From Chloroflexota bacterium (GTDB taxonomy: Bacteria > Chloroflexota > Anaerolineae > J102): a stretch of 58,753 nucleotides of DNA. The notes under the pieces were generated by a model. That model searched no databases and was not told the DNA's origin. It saw only the letters and a program-made list of their open reading frames with translations. The translations under genes and the position numbers were made by a program. Of the stretch, positions 35,982 through 46,310 are shown in pieces. Location of the stretch: contig JAAENG010000331.1 in NCBI GenBank assembly GCA_024224665.1, positions 1 to 58,753 on the forward strand, written 5' to 3'. How positions within the stretch are numbered: position 1 is the stretch's first letter; every line of letters starts with the position of its first letter.

Positions 35982-37982
35982 TTATGGATCCGTTGAGACA
36001 TGTAGGGGGCCGCCGTCTACGGGGATGTCATTCTTATCATGAGGTACGCTTACTAGCACTTCGCCACTACATGTTCCACCTGGAAGGCCGTCATCTGCCG
36101 TGAAACTGATATGATAGACACGACCATCGCCATCGCCGGGAGCATTCTTGGTGCCTGAGCGCTCGGCGCGTACTTCGGCCGTATTATGTGGTTTACTATC
36201 CATTATGTTGCCATCAGGTGTAAACTTGCCATCACCATAGGTGTCTACCGGTTCGTCCTGTTCGATCGCATCAATAGTGATGGTGAAAGGATCACCATCG
36301 GGATCGGTGACACCAAGGACGTCGATTGGCACCCACTTGTGGTTGGGAGGCCAAAGCTTGTCTTGGCTCGGATAGGCATTGCTGCAGTCAGGTGGTTGGT
36401 TCGACAATATCGTTAAGTCCTCTAGAACGGGTGATTCGCCTGTGCTAGCTCGCTGGAAGGTCACCCGAACCCGAAGAAACTCGCCATCGGGGACAGTAAG
36501 ATCCGCTCCATTAGTCACTTCCTCTTCTGCTGAGAACACCCCACCGGTGCTACTGGCGGCGTAGACCTTGATCTCGCTATCGCTGGGCTCGTCACTATTC
36601 CAGGTCACATAGCCCCAGACTGCGTCGACAATGGTACTTTCGTGGTCGATGGTCCACGTGCCAAAGTTCGGTGGAGCGATCAGGGTGCTACCGGTCATGT
36701 CACTGTAGTTGTAGGGGCCGGCACCTGAGCCCAGACTAACCGTCAGGTCGACTGCTCCCAGTCCGTCGCCGCCTGCATTTGGATCAATACGCATGACATT
36801 GTCTGAATTGTAGTTGGTGACCCACACTTTGCCGGCTGCATCAACAGCCACACCTGTCGGGTGATTGCCTACAACGATTGTAGCCTTCAAGTCGCCATCG
36901 TTATCGAGCCGAGTGACGTCGTTGCTGACACTGTTGGCCACCCAGACGTCATTGTCAGCCGTCACCACTACTCCTCGTGAGTTTGTTCCATGAGTTACCT
37001 TAGGGAAGCCAGTTTGGATGACACCCACGGGACTGATTTTGTCAATGGTGTGCATGCCCCACATCGCATTCCAGACATAGCCGTTGGAGTCGATACCCAG
37101 GCCGTAGGACTGTGATACGGGAATGCAGGTTCCTGTACTGGTCGCAATGTCATAGCGCAGCAGCTGGTGCTGGGAGATACTGGCTGACCACAGCACACCG
37201 TTGCCGTCGATCAGTCCGCCATAGCCCCCGCACCCCTCGTTGGCCGCGGAGAACGAGTTAAGGATCGCCCCCGTCAATTCATCCAGCTTGTGGAAATCAG
37301 TTGGAAAGAAAGGATAGCCAGCGACCCAAGCATCGTTGTTGGTGTCCACCGACACGTGACGCGCATTCCATGCGCCTGGCAGCCGCTGGAAGATGAGAAT
37401 GCACTCATCCTTGGCATCCTGGACCTGAGCCACGTGCGTAGCACCATCGGTGCTGCCCACGCCATCGGTGATGTTGGGCCAGTCCTTGACGTCGCCCAGG
37501 CCGGTCGAGGTGTCGATGACGCCATTGCCATTGCGGTCCACGCACTGGCCATTCTCCTCCAGGCCGATCTTGACCGCGGAACCGTGTCGTTTGTCGTTGA
37601 TCCATCCATCCTCATCGCGGTTGGCAGACCAAACGTTGCCGTTGCCGTCCACAGTAGTTCGGGATGGATTACCCTGCATTCCGTTAGGCCTGGACAAGTA
37701 CTCGCCCAGAACCTGACCGGTGTTGGTGTCAATCTTGACGATCGTATGCAGGTCGGAGGCAGCCACCCAGATGAACTCGAATGGCGTAGCCTCACTGTCT
37801 AATTGTAACTGGTTAGGCACGTCGTCATGATTCACATTGACCAAGGTCCCAAGATCAAAGTCAGCATCCAATGTATACGTCGCTGGATTTCCAGGCGGAG
37901 GACCAGCAAATACAACTCCGCTTGCCGCCAATAACATAAGGCTGATCAACATTATCCCCATAAACCACACTTTCTTCTTCAT
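35982..37982 (-). CDS. Secreted beta-propeller protein (NHL / Vgb-lyase-like repeats) with a C-terminal Ig-like region
   Basis: ORF to 38024. The start MKKKVWFMGIMLISLMLLAASGVVFA follows AAGGAG. Repeats include DVWVANSVSNDVTRLDNDG and KVWVTNYNSDNVMRIDPN. Confidence 0.7.
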   Translation of the reverse strand: MKKKVWFMGIMLISLMLLAASGVVFAGPPPGNPATYTLDADFDLGTLVNVNHDDVPNQLQLDSEATPFEFIWVAASDLHTIVKIDTNTGQVLGEYLSRPNGMQGNPSRTTVDGNGNVWSANRDEDGWINDKRHGSAVKIGLEENGQCVDRNGNGVIDTSTGLGDVKDWPNITDGVGSTDGATHVAQVQDAKDECILIFQRLPGAWNARHVSVDTNNDAWVAGYPFFPTDFHKLDELTGAILNSFSAANEGCGGYGGLIDGNGVLWSASISQHQLLRYDIATSTGTCIPVSQSYGLGIDSNGYVWNAMWGMHTIDKISPVGVIQTGFPKVTHGTNSRGVVVTADNDVWVANSVSNDVTRLDNDGDLKATIVVGNHPTGVAVDAAGKVWVTNYNSDNVMRIDPNAGGDGLGAVDLTVSLGSGAGPYNYSDMTGSTLIAPPNFGTWTIDHESTIVDAVWGYVTWNSDEPSDSEIKVYAASSTGGVFSAEEEVTNGADLTVPDGEFLRVRVTFQRASTGESPVLEDLTILSNQPPDCSNAYPSQDKLWPPNHKWVPIDVLGVTDPDGDPFTITIDAIEQDEPVDTYGDGKFTPDGNIMDSKPHNTAEVRAERSGTKNAPGDGDGRVYHISFTADDGLPGGTCSGEVLVSVPHDKNDIPVDGGPLHVSTDP

Positions 37983-38315
37983 TTCTAACTCCTTGCCCAT
38001 CATTGGACATTTTAGAGCTTTCAAATTGTTTGGTTAAAATCGATTTGTTGGTTTAACCCTTTTCATCACCTCCTACTCAGCACAAAGAATCGGGTACACG
38101 GAGCACCTGCCCCAGCGACCCAATAAAAAAACACCCAACAGCCATGAATAACTTGACCGGGGTGCAAAGTGCGGTGTGAGCGTTACGCTTTACCAATGAA
38201 TCAACAATGATGCTAAATATGGTATGGCATAAAGCTATTCAGATTTTAGAACTATTCATTTGACCCCTTCAGTTTACTCTCATCGAAATCAATTGTCAGT
38301 ATTCTGCCCATCAAT

Positions 38316-39575
38316 TCACCCTTGGTGCTCCACTAAGCTTTGCTCTAACCCCCGCCGTTGATTCGCCAACACCGCTAAAACGCCGAAAGCGAGCGTCAGG
38401 GCCAGACCTACCATGCTGACACCGGTCATACCGCCGCCGGCAAAGATGGCGCCCGTACTCAGGCTGCCCGCCCCGGATGCCAATGCTACCAATACTTCGC
38501 TCGCGCCCTGGATGCGGCCTTCCTCGCCTGTCACTAACCCAACAGTCAAGAGAGATGATCCGGCGATAAAACAGAAATTCCACCCTAGCCCAAGCAAGAA
38601 CAAAGCAAAAGCTAGCGGCAGCATTTCATTCGATAGGGGAGCAAGTATAGCAGAAATCGCCAATATCAAGGCGCCGACAAGGATGATCAGGTAGGCGCCA
38701 AAACGATTGACGAGTCGCCCAGTGAGGGCCGAGGGCGCAAACATGCCGATCGTGTGCGCCATAATCACCAACGATATCGACTGAAAAGAATGGGCGTGAT
38801 CATCCATGTGCAGGGGTGTGATCACCATGATCAAGGTCATGACCAGCTGGCCGATGACCAATGCTGCGACCGCTACCTGCACGTATCGCAGCTTTAGGAT
38901 CTCCCTAACCGACCTACCGATGTCATTCTGTTTCTGATCTGTGGTATCAGATCCGATAGTTCGAGCGATTGACATCGGGTCGGGACGAAGCAAAAATTCT
39001 GTGAGCAGGAGGGCCAGTAGCGACAGGACCGCACCTACAACATAAGGTCCGATAAAGGCATCAAATCCCCTGCGCTCAACAAATTCACCGGAGGGAGCGA
39101 CAAGTAGAGGTCCGATAATGGCGCCGACTACGCCGGCGAGTACAACCGTACTGATGGCTTTGGCCTTGCGCTCTGGCACTTCTACATCGGCTGCCGCGTA
39201 GCGACTCTGATCACTGACAGCACGGCCCATCCCAATCAGAGCGGCAGCCAAGCAAAAGCCAATAAAGGATTGCATGATCAATGTTGCGGCCCCAAACACA
39301 AATCCGAGAACAGCCAATGCGTAACCCAAAACGAGGCCCGGACGACGCCCATAGCGACTCATCAACCAGCCCACGGGATAGGCGGATATGGCGCGTCCGA
39401 TCAGCAAGGAAGTGGAGGGCAGTCCTGCTGCGCTGGCGCTTCCACTCAGTTCAACAGCGGCGATGGACATCAGTGTCACGGCAGCGAACATGCCGGCGCC
39501 GATCAGGCTTTGGCCGACAAAAAGGGTCCAGATCAGACGGCGGCGGGCGCCAGTTGTTACAATCGTATCATGCAT
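38316..39575 (-). CDS. MFS transporter (12 TM)
   Basis: 419 aa with typical MFS loop motifs (GWLMSRYGRRPG). Confidence 0.88.
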   Translation of the reverse strand: MHDTIVTTGARRRLIWTLFVGQSLIGAGMFAAVTLMSIAAVELSGSASAAGLPSTSLLIGRAISAYPVGWLMSRYGRRPGLVLGYALAVLGFVFGAATLIMQSFIGFCLAAALIGMGRAVSDQSRYAAADVEVPERKAKAISTVVLAGVVGAIIGPLLVAPSGEFVERRGFDAFIGPYVVGAVLSLLALLLTEFLLRPDPMSIARTIGSDTTDQKQNDIGRSVREILKLRYVQVAVAALVIGQLVMTLIMVITPLHMDDHAHSFQSISLVIMAHTIGMFAPSALTGRLVNRFGAYLIILVGALILAISAILAPLSNEMLPLAFALFLLGLGWNFCFIAGSSLLTVGLVTGEEGRIQGASEVLVALASGAGSLSTGAIFAGGGMTGVSMVGLALTLAFGVLAVLANQRRGLEQSLVEHQG

Positions 39576-39856
39576 TCATAAGTATTCCTGGTGTCAGTGT
39601 CGCCTGTATTGACAACGCGCTCGCACACATTAGCGTGCAACGAACCGATGCATGTTATGTGTGATCAGTGCAAACGTCAAACCAGAAACCAGGCGGGTGA
39701 TCGTAGCGAGAGGTAGTAAAAATATGGTAGGATGGTGTAGGCACCGTGATCGATTAGCAGTTCCAGGCTAGTCGATTTTCGCAACGCAGATCGATTCAAG
39801 GAATTTCGCACTGTTGTATCAGTCATGCAAATCTAAACGCAAATAATGGTAGGATC

Positions 39857-40237
39857 GTGTTGAAAAGGAATGTAATTGTGGAACAGAAAATACACGAAAT
39901 AAGCGGACAGAATATTGTAGAGATCATTTCAGATGAAATCGAGATCAGCAGTGTTCAAGAAAGCTTGGATATGATGGCGAGCGTTTATTATAGTGAGGCG
40001 TCGGGTATGGTAATTTACAAGCGCAATTTGAGTCCCGAATTTTTCGAACTGAAATCGGGACTGGCGGGTGAAATTCTGCTGAAGTTCTCCAATTACCACA
40101 TGAAACTGTCGATAGTGGGAGATTTTTCTAACTACAAAAGCAGTAGTCTAAAAGCATTTATCGTCGAATGCAACAGGGGCAAGCAATTTTTCTTTGTAGC
40201 TGATATCGAGGCTGCTTTGCAGAAGATGACAAGTTAA
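39857..40237 (+). CDS. DUF4180 domain protein
   Basis: SGLAGEILLKFSNYHMKLSIVGDFSNYKSSSLKAFIVECNRGKQFFFVADIEAAL matches the DUF4180 pattern. The gene is low-GC. Confidence 0.72.
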   Translation: MLKRNVIVEQKIHEISGQNIVEIISDEIEISSVQESLDMMASVYYSEASGMVIYKRNLSPEFFELKSGLAGEILLKFSNYHMKLSIVGDFSNYKSSSLKAFIVECNRGKQFFFVADIEAALQKMTS

Positions 40238-40407
40238 GATATATCTCGACAATAATCGTGAACCCGAATCAACGTTGAGTAAGATTGATCCCGTATGGCA
40301 CTGGCTTTTCAGCAATCGAAGAGGATTGCTTCAAGCTGATGGTATAGGATACTACGATGACTCAGGGCTCATCCTTGAAGAGAAATAGCTTTGCCCACTC
40401 AGTAACC

Positions 40408-41217
40408 ATGAGCACCGCAGCAAAGGTAATGCTAACCCCCGAACAAGAAACCCTGCTGATTACGCTGTACGCCAAAGCGCAGGCGGATAACCCCTTGTTC
40501 TTTGACCCTCTGGCCCAAGACGTTCTCGCTCGGGTAGACTATAATTTTGCTGATCTGCGGGTCCCTTACAAGACCGTTGTTCTGGTCTGCCAACGGGCAA
40601 AGAAGCTGGACAAAATCACACGGGATTTCTTGGTAGAACACCCAGACAGCGTGGTGATACAACTGGGCTGCGGGCTGGATAGTCGATTCTGGCGTGTCGA
40701 CAACGGACAAGTCGACTGGTATGATTTGGATATGCCAGCGGTGGTAGAGCTTCGCCGCCAGTTCCTCACTGCAAGCGAACGTTACCACCTGATCGCCGCC
40801 TCCGTAACCGATTTGGAGTGGGTAGACAGAGTCACCGCGGACGGGCGAGCGCTGCTGGTGGTGGCGGAAGGATTGCTGATGTATCTGGACGAGGCTGATG
40901 TCAAGCGTCTGATTCTCCGACTTCAAGAGACTTTCCCGGGCTGCTGTCTGGCCGCCGATGTCTTCAATCGACTCACAGCACGCTCCGCCAGCAGTCATCC
41001 CTCATTAAGACGCACAGGAGCTACCATTGGCTGGGGGATTGACGACTCTTACGAATTGGAGTCATGGGCCCCAGGGATCCGCCTCCTTGAAGAATGGTAT
41101 TTCAGCGGTGATCCCAATCTGGCCCGACTCAACCGTGGGTATCGTCTGGCATATAAACTGGCAGGAGCCTTCAACATGGTGCGAAAAGCACATCGCCTTG
41201 TGTACTACCAACTGTAA
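40408..41217 (+). CDS. Class I SAM-dependent O-methyltransferase (COG3315, TcmP / LCM-like)
   Basis: ORF from 40357. Supporting segments: LLITLYAKAQ...FFDPLAQDVL, VVIQLGCGLDSRFWR, and LLVVAEGLLMYL. Confidence 0.75.
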   Translation: MSTAAKVMLTPEQETLLITLYAKAQADNPLFFDPLAQDVLARVDYNFADLRVPYKTVVLVCQRAKKLDKITRDFLVEHPDSVVIQLGCGLDSRFWRVDNGQVDWYDLDMPAVVELRRQFLTASERYHLIAASVTDLEWVDRVTADGRALLVVAEGLLMYLDEADVKRLILRLQETFPGCCLAADVFNRLTARSASSHPSLRRTGATIGWGIDDSYELESWAPGIRLLEEWYFSGDPNLARLNRGYRLAYKLAGAFNMVRKAHRLVYYQL

Positions 41218-41269
41218 CCATCCTCGATCGTACCTTCGCCCTAATCCCCCTTATCGAGGATTCATCCCT

Positions 41270-41440
41270 ATGACTCAACAGATCATCAGATTCTATCGCT
41301 AGTGGGAGGCCTTTGGGCAGTTTTCGAACTTTGCGAAGTATCCTATCACAATTGATGACAAAGAGTGGCCGACATCTGAACACTACTTCCAAGCCCAGAA
41401 ATTCGCAGGCACAGAGCATGAAGAGGCCACATCGTGTTCT
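41270..41440 (+). pseudogene. NADAR (YbiA/DUF1768) family remnant, with an in-frame TAG and 3' truncation
   Basis: MTQQIIRFYR*WEAFGQFSNFAKYPITIDDKEWPTSEHYFQAQKFAGTEHEE carries the hallmark FSNF and EHYFQAQKF motifs. There is a TAG at 41300-41302. Similarity ends where the convergent nadE 3' end begins. Confidence 0.7.
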
Positions 41441-43211
41441 AGACTGATGATCGGAACCAGTTGGTAATAGGCAGACGCCGGTCTTTGCCAAAAGCTCTGG
41501 CCGTGATTTTGATGCCGGGAGCGGCCTGGCGCCGTTTGTACTCGTTGCGATCCACCATGCGCATGACACGCTCTACCAGGCTCGCGTCATAGCCCGCCTC
41601 CACGATCTCTGCACCACTCATGTCATCCTCAACATACATCTCCAGGATCTTGTCGAGAATGTCGTAAGCTGGCAGGCTGTCGGTATCGAATTGGTCGGGA
41701 CGCAACTCGGCGGAGGGGGGTTTGGTAATGGAATTGGCGGGTATCGCTTCCTTCTCGCCCTGGGTGTTGCGCCAGCGCGCCAGTTCCCAGACCAATTCTT
41801 TGGGCACGTCCTTGATCACGGCGAAACCGCCCGCCATATCCCCATACAGGGTGGCATACCCGACCGCACTCTCACTCTTGTTGCCCGTGCTGAGCAGGAG
41901 CCAGCCGAATTTATTGGATAGTGACATGAGGATGAGACCACGCAGGCGGGCCTGGATATTTTCTTCAGCCACCCCGAATTCAGCGCCCGCGAAGACCGTG
42001 TCAGGCGGGCCGTTGAGTGTTTCCAGCATTGCCGCAAATGGCTGTTCAATAGGCACGGTGAGATATTTGATGCCCAAATTCTCGGCCAGTTGCCTGGCAT
42101 CATCCTGGGAATGATCCGAGGAATAGCGTGAGGGCATACTCACCCCCACCACATGGTCCGGCCCCAAGGCATCGGTGGCGATAGCTGCTGTGAGGGCGCT
42201 GTCGATGCCGCCACTCAACCCCATGAGGACGGTTTCGAATCCATTTTTGTGCACATAATCGCGCGTGCCCAGGACTAATGCCTGGTAGACCTCAGCCACC
42301 GGGTCGGGTTTCGGGGCGATAGCCTGAGTTACGTTCTCTGGGTCGGGTTCATCGACGTGATGCAGAGGTCGTAGTCCACTTATCCGGGGCGTCCGTTCGC
42401 CGGCTTCGGTCAGCTTGGCAACCAGTTCACGGTGCTGGCGTGAGCGAGGATCGTGCAAACGCCGCCGGAACACATCATCCAGATCCACATCCACCACAAT
42501 CAGCGCTTCCTCGAAGGCGGGGCCGCGCCCCAGCAGTTCGCCTTCAGGTCCATACACCAGGCTGTGACCATCGAAAACCAGTTCATCCTGCCCCCCAACC
42601 AGATTGCAATAGGCGACGATTCCGACGTTGTCATTGGCGCGCGTGGCCATCATCCGTTCTCGCTCATCTCCCTTGCCTTGAGCGAAAGGCGAGGCGGAGA
42701 TATTGACCAGTAATTCAGCGCCATGCAGGGCCTGCCACTGCGGCGGCCCACCTGCGTACCAGATATCCTCGCAAATACTCACGCCCACCCGGTCGCCCCC
42801 AAAATCGAAAACAGGGCTGCTTTTGCCGGCGCCAAAGTAGCGATTCTCGTCAAATACGCCGTAGTTTGGAAGATAGTGCTTTTGGTAGAGCCCCACTAAC
42901 TCGCCATCCTGCAAAATGGCAGCGGTGTTGTAAACATCGTAGTCATTGGCAGCGGGATAACCCAGCACCACGCTAAGACCGTTGGTCTGGGCCTGGATAT
43001 CCGCTAAAGCCCTGGCGTTGGCCGTGAGAAAGTCAGGTTTGAGCAACAGGTCCTCGGGCGGGTAACCGGAGAGCACCATTTCAGGAAAGAGTACCAGGTC
43101 GGCGCCGGCAGATCGAGCCTGTGCCAACCAGTCAAGAATGCGGGTCGTGTTACCGGGTATATCGCCAACGATGGGATTCATCTGTACTAGAGCGAGGCGA
43201 ATCGTGCGCAT
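41439..43211 (-). CDS. nadE: Glutamine-dependent NAD+ synthetase (N-terminal CN-hydrolase domain + NAD synthetase domain)
   Basis: MRTIRLALVQMNP...FPEMVLSGYPPEDL forms the nitrilase-type domain. LMGLSGGIDSAL (the SGGxDS P-loop) marks the synthetase domain. ORF extends to 43271. Confidence 0.93.
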   Translation of the reverse strand: MRTIRLALVQMNPIVGDIPGNTTRILDWLAQARSAGADLVLFPEMVLSGYPPEDLLLKPDFLTANARALADIQAQTNGLSVVLGYPAANDYDVYNTAAILQDGELVGLYQKHYLPNYGVFDENRYFGAGKSSPVFDFGGDRVGVSICEDIWYAGGPPQWQALHGAELLVNISASPFAQGKGDERERMMATRANDNVGIVAYCNLVGGQDELVFDGHSLVYGPEGELLGRGPAFEEALIVVDVDLDDVFRRRLHDPRSRQHRELVAKLTEAGERTPRISGLRPLHHVDEPDPENVTQAIAPKPDPVAEVYQALVLGTRDYVHKNGFETVLMGLSGGIDSALTAAIATDALGPDHVVGVSMPSRYSSDHSQDDARQLAENLGIKYLTVPIEQPFAAMLETLNGPPDTVFAGAEFGVAEENIQARLRGLILMSLSNKFGWLLLSTGNKSESAVGYATLYGDMAGGFAVIKDVPKELVWELARWRNTQGEKEAIPANSITKPPSAELRPDQFDTDSLPAYDILDKILEMYVEDDMSGAEIVEAGYDASLVERVMRMVDRNEYKRRQAAPGIKITARAFGKDRRLPITNWFRSSV

Positions 43212-43339
43212 AGGAGCACCACTGGGGTTTGAGTATGTACTGTTTGTATGAATCAATGACGCAATAAGCATACAACCCTATTTCCCGTCCGTCAAAACAA
43301 GTAGGAAAAATGAACCGTCTATCAAATCGTTTGTTTTAC

Positions 43340-43432
43340 TACCGGACACTATTTGAAATGTCATTCCTTCGGCTTCGCTCAGGCCTGTCCTGAGCGAAGC
43401 CGAAGGAGTGACACAATGGAAAAATGTCCGGT
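43340..43432. repeat. Nested palindromic (REP/MITE-like) element
   Basis: Inner ~25-bp stem tgtcattccttcggcttcgctcagg / cctgagcgaagccgaaggagtgaca (43359-43383 / 43388-43412, 1 mismatch). Outer arms are taccggaca / tgtccggta (43340-43348 / 43424-43432). Confidence 0.8.
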
Positions 43433-43476
43433 AGAGAATCGTTTGATTATCGTCCTGTGGCTGAAATGCGCTTTTA

Positions 43477-44855
43477 CGTTTCCTAGTTCTGATGGATTCT
43501 GTGGAGGGTATTCATGCCAGCACAGGAGGAAGAAATGAGGAGGTTATGAAGCCAGTTGTCATGGTAGACGAAACCGTTCAGTTTATGTGCAGGGGACACA
43601 GCCACATCACGGATACGCGCCCGAGGACAATAGGGCCAAAAGTTGTGAAGGATGGCCAGGAACGGATTTGTAGTTCGGCAGAGGAGCGATGGCCGTGGAA
43701 GAAACGAGAGCTGGCAAGCCAGCGGGCCATGGGCTCCATGTGGCGGTCAATCATGTTGCTGGTGCGGTAGGCGTCAGGGAAATCGAAAGCCAAAAGGAAG
43801 CGTTCTGTATGAGCGCAGAGTTTCTCGACAGCGGTCAAGGCAGTGCCGGAAAGGTGTTGCTGAGCCCAGGCCAGGAAGTCATCGGCTTGCTGACGGAAGG
43901 CTTGTGGGTCGCTAGCTCCATAAATGTCCCAGACCTGCTGGACGATCAGGGGGTAAAGGTCCTTGAAACGTTTCTTGCAGCAGTTGCGAATCTTGATGAA
44001 GGAATGGAGAAAGCACTGGATAATAACAATCATGGGGAAGAGTGCCTGCCAAGCGTTCTGAGTGACCACCAACCATCAGTATTGACCGTTTTTGGCTGAT
44101 AATCAGCCTTCAACTGCCCTGTTTCCTTCTGAAAACAAGCATACGCTTCCCTGAGCGCCGGCTCGTCCGCTTTCATAGCCAAAGAAGCGCCCAAGACACA
44201 GTCGTCACCGACAGTTGTAGCAATATAGGCTTTTTCACCATTGAACCGCGAATGCTTTTCATCCGCTAACACATGCTCAGGTAGCTTGTCCGCCTCCTTC
44301 ACCGTCGTGTCCACGATGCTATTCCGACCCAAACTTGCCGTTATCCGATACCAGTAGTTGTCATCTCGACCGAATACATAGGACAGCCCCCAAAATGGTA
44401 CACCAAATCGTCGCAAGAACAAAGCTTTCTCTACATCATTCGTGAATCCGCTCATGTAGGGCATCACCTCACTCGATGCTATTGTCAACACCACCGGCTT
44501 TTCCTCCTTGTCTGAGTCTTTCAGCTTGATCCGGCGAAATCGTATTCCCGGCAGCTTGCTTGACTCCGGCAAAATACCATGCAGCACATACCCTTTCTCA
44601 GTGCCCACTGGAAGCAATTCAGGATAGCTTGCAATCATGCCATCCAACCATTCCCGAAAACGGACACCATCAGGCAATATCTCTTGATACGTACTCATGG
44701 CTATGGGTAGAATCACTCGTTTGTTGACCTTCGATACTTCACATCGTTCTGTGATATGATTTCGTTGAGGCAAGGTTGACAGTTCTCCGGACGGTTTTCT
44801 GTCTATTTTGCCTCATCTCTCCTCGATCCACAGAATCCGGTAGAACTAGAAAACG
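43477..44855 (-). mobile_element. IS element, 1379 bp, with 29-bp imperfect terminal inverted repeats (family unassigned)
   Basis: IRL cgtttcctagttctgatggattctgtgga (43477-43505) against the reverse complement of IRR tccacagaatccggtagaactagaaaacg (44827-44855) gives 25/29. A DDE-type transposase lies inside. No clear target-site duplication is seen. Confidence 0.8.
43578..44773 (-). pseudogene. DDE transposase split into two overlapping ORFs (second in the -1 frame)
   Basis: ORFs 44030..44773 (...LADEKH...VNTDGW) and 43578..44072 (VVTQNAWQALFP..IIQCFLHSF...) together give a D...D(GW)...CxxH layout. There is no canonical slippery heptamer in the 43-nt overlap. Confidence 0.75.
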
Positions 44856-44978
44856 AGATAGTCTATGCCTATGATAACGACCCGTAACTAACCAGATGAA
44901 CAAGCATCGCCTGGGCCCACCGCTCGCGGGGTGCTACACACAATGAGCCTAGATCACATCTGAGAAAAGGAGTCAATC

Positions 44979-46310
44979 ATGAATTCAGACGTACAATCAA
45001 AGACGACGGAAAAGTTGAGTCGCCGCAGTTTTCTGCTCCGGGGCGGCGCTGCCTCTGTGAGCCTCATGGTGGCGGCTGGTGCGCTTAGACCAGTTTCTGC
45101 GCTTGAACCGGTTTCCGAAACTCGCGCCCACACAGCCAACGATTCAGTGGGAGCAACACTACTACAAGAAACCCAGTACCATGAAATCGTTCAGAAATTG
45201 GTGGAACTGATCGAAGAGAATGGCTGGCAGGACGATTTCGAGGAGGCTATTCAAAACGCACAGGCACACGACGTGGCCAGCATCAGCGACGTTCAAACGC
45301 TGGACGACTACTTGAACTACGTCAATGATCTTGTGACATGGACACCCAGGCAACAGGGTGATACGCGCTATGTCTATGACAAGATCGTTGAGTTCTATTT
45401 CTTCCTGGACCAGGAACCGCTAAGGAGCTTACAAAGTCCCATCGAACCGGGCGACGGAGCCCAGGAGTTGACCCCATTGTCCGCGTGGATCGTGGAATTT
45501 GCGCAGGCCTGGGGCAGCTATATGGATACGCCCGAATCGGCCAAGGAAATCGAAAGCTTCCGTACCGATCCCGCCTTTAATTGGGATGAGTACATGCCCC
45601 CGCCCAGCGGCTACTTTACCTTCAACCAGTTCTTTGCGCGGCATCCGAAACCGGGCATGCGCCCTATCGCAGGGCTCACGGACGATAGTGCCATCGTTTC
45701 CCCGGCTGACTGCACCTTCGTTGGCGCCTGGCGCGTGAACGCCAATTCACAGATCTACGTAAAGGAGAATATGCTGGACATCAAGGGCATCCAGTGGTCG
45801 ATCCACCAGTTGCTGGAGGGTAGCGACTACGCGGATAGTTTCGAGGGCGGGCTCTTTACTCACAGCTTTTTGAACACATTCGACTATCACCGCTGGAACG
45901 CGCCTGCGCAAGGCGAAGTCCTCGAAGCCCGTGTCATTCAAGGCCAGGCCTGGCTGGACATCGACGTCAAACGCGCGATCGTGGATGGCGAGGAGGTCAA
46001 TGTTCTGAATGCTCTGGACGGCACCGGCTACCAGTTCGTGCAGACGCGCGGCCTGGTCGTGATCGACTCGCCCTTCGGGCTGGTGGCCTGCCTGCCTATG
46101 GGCATGGCGCAGGTCTCGTCTGTTGTGCTGACTGCGGAAGTTGGTGCGGTCCTGCACAAGGGTGAGGAGTTGGGTTACTTCCAGTTTGGCGGCTCCGACT
46201 TTGTGATGGTTTTTGAGCGGTCCAGCAACGTGCAGTTGATCAACCAGCCAGACGTGCATTACAGCCAGGGTACGTGGATCGGGAATGCCTATCCGTACAA
46301 AATGGAGTAA
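44979..46310 (+). CDS. Phosphatidylserine-decarboxylase-family (pyruvoyl-type) decarboxylase with a long N-terminal PSDC-like region and a Tat signal peptide
   Basis: Twin-arginine motif SRRSFLLRGGAASVSLMVAAGALRPVSA. The C-terminal GYFQFGGSDFVMVFE matches the PSD self-cleavage (G-S) motif. Confidence 0.8.
   Translation: MNSDVQSKTTEKLSRRSFLLRGGAASVSLMVAAGALRPVSALEPVSETRAHTANDSVGATLLQETQYHEIVQKLVELIEENGWQDDFEEAIQNAQAHDVASISDVQTLDDYLNYVNDLVTWTPRQQGDTRYVYDKIVEFYFFLDQEPLRSLQSPIEPGDGAQELTPLSAWIVEFAQAWGSYMDTPESAKEIESFRTDPAFNWDEYMPPPSGYFTFNQFFARHPKPGMRPIAGLTDDSAIVSPADCTFVGAWRVNANSQIYVKENMLDIKGIQWSIHQLLEGSDYADSFEGGLFTHSFLNTFDYHRWNAPAQGEVLEARVIQGQAWLDIDVKRAIVDGEEVNVLNALDGTGYQFVQTRGLVVIDSPFGLVACLPMGMAQVSSVVLTAEVGAVLHKGEELGYFQFGGSDFVMVFERSSNVQLINQPDVHYSQGTWIGNAYPYKME

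Noticed and set aside
44030-44072. Programmed -1 ribosomal frameshift in the IS transposase
   Set aside because: The second ORF is in the -1 frame, but the overlap (ggttggtggtcactcagaacgcttggcaggcactcttcccca) contains no X-XXY-YYZ slippery heptamer that I can see. It is treated as a mutational frameshift pending comparison with other copies.
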